Shown here: positions 62,796-64,000 of the stretch, piece by piece | Layout: each line of letters starts with the position of its first letter | How positions within the stretch are numbered: position 1 is the first letter of the stretch | Assembly (NCBI GenBank): GCA_053919585.1 | Contig: CM132813.1 | Strand: one strand, 5' to 3' | Length of the DNA: 64,000 nt | Source: Euprymna scolopes | Taxonomy: Eukaryota | Position numbers and translations under genes: made by a program | The notes under the pieces: generated by a model | Told to the model about the DNA's origin: nothing | The model's input: only the letters and a program-made list of their open reading frames with translations | Databases searched by the model: none

Positions 62796-63125
62796 TAATG
62801 ATAAAATTATTTGGTAAAATTGGACATTCAAAATGAGCAATATCGATTTGGTAAATCGATTATTTTGAAAAGGCAAATTCATAAGTTTTTGGCAACGTCC
62901 GTGTCGGGTGCGCCTCAGTAAAATGTGCATACTGTTTGAAGTAGTCTCACGAAAAATCTAAGGAAATACTTCAAAGACGGTGGAGCGGGTTCAACGGGGA
63001 AAGTATCGCATTACCTTTTTTTAAAGAACAAGGATTATTTCAGAGAAAAATACGATCTAAGGATAATATCAGGACATTTTAACAAATATGCATAAAGTCA
63101 TACACATATTAACATATTATCATGT

Positions 63126-63186
<61 letters not shown>

Positions 63187-63188
<2 letters not shown>

Positions 63189-63403
63189 CCGATATGGGTA
63201 GGATTCTAACACTGTTTTCCTTTCATTTTCGTATAGTCTATGATCATTTTCTTTTTTTTTTGCATTTTTCCTGTTAATATCCTGAAGATATCCACTGCAA
63301 TAGGGAGGAAACGATGATTATTTTATGAATTCATTCGCTTTCGTTTTTTTTTCTTTTTTCAAAACAAGATAACGTCAACCATCGCTGTATTTTTTTTATT
63401 TTT

Positions 63404-63405
<2 letters not shown>
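63187..63405 (+). mobile_element. HHR-bearing short repeat, family C (copy 2, core mutated), embedded in (TA)n
   Basis: CUGAAGA 63282-63288 and GAAAC 63308-63312, followed by GAU instead of GUU. TA tracts on both sides. Confidence 0.72.
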
Positions 63406-63462
<57 letters not shown>

Positions 63463-63465
<3 letters not shown>

Positions 63466-63505
63466 TATAACTCCGATAATTTGGACATCCGCTTCGTTCA
63501 AACAA
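63463..63505 (+). mobile_element. Possible pogo/Tigger-like TIR end
   Basis: TA|CAGTATAACTCCGATAAT directly after (TA)n. Partner TIR not seen. Confidence 0.3.
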
Positions 63506-64000
63506 GATCAGGCTCTTTAAGTTTCGTGATAAAAAAAAATGTGCAGTTAACTTTAACTTTTAAAGAATTAAGAAATACTAAATAACATGCATTGCTATAT
63601 GATACTTCAAGTATATATATATATATATAAGTTGAGTTTATGATATATTGCAAGTAAGAATTGTTAAATATTATTACCAGTACCAAACATGAATCAATTA
63701 AAAATAAATTAAATATACTCTTATTTTTTAGGTATTTCTTACCTAAGTTATCATCTACAGAAATCATACATTTGTTTAAAACACAGCTTTTTTATTTACT
63801 CATGTAATGAATCTCATTGCAGTTTCTATTTTCCTCGATTGAGCTAACGGGCACTGCCATTGTATTCCATAAGCGATCACGAAAATCTACAATTTCCTGG
63901 TAATGTAGCTTCTTTGTGATTATATCTCTTCGGAGTGACATTGCTTGCAAAACATAGTTGTCACTAAATCATGACTTTTTCTAGAAATTTTAGAACCGTC

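Overview
AT-rich, repeat-dominated eukaryotic scaffold segment with about a dozen N gaps and many (TA)n microsatellites. The short interspersed repeats resemble octopod (cephalopod) repeats as I recall them, so the taxon is an inference. I could not support any host protein-coding gene. The identifiable content is transposable elements: a frameshifted Penelope-like retroelement (PLE), one intact Sleeping Beauty-like IR/DR Tc1 (DD34E, 340 aa), decayed maT-like, TRT (DD37E), cecropia-type mariner and Chapaev3-like transposases, an internally deleted Ty3/Gypsy LTR element, an RTE LINE fragment, and SINE-like, MITE and Helitron-like repeats, plus a 41-bp minisatellite. The main non-obvious signal is a set of type I hammerhead ribozyme (HHR) motifs in several unrelated short repeat families. 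Three have an apparently intact core (2678-2750, 10642-10756, 34002-34049) and about ten are decayed. Most abut (TA)n tracts, several lie in fold-back palindromes, and two families place the HHR right behind a tRNA-like Pol III head (SM-alpha/retrozyme-like). Together they suggest a PLE-mobilised, TA-microsatellite-associated retrozyme system. All alignments and folds were done by eye.
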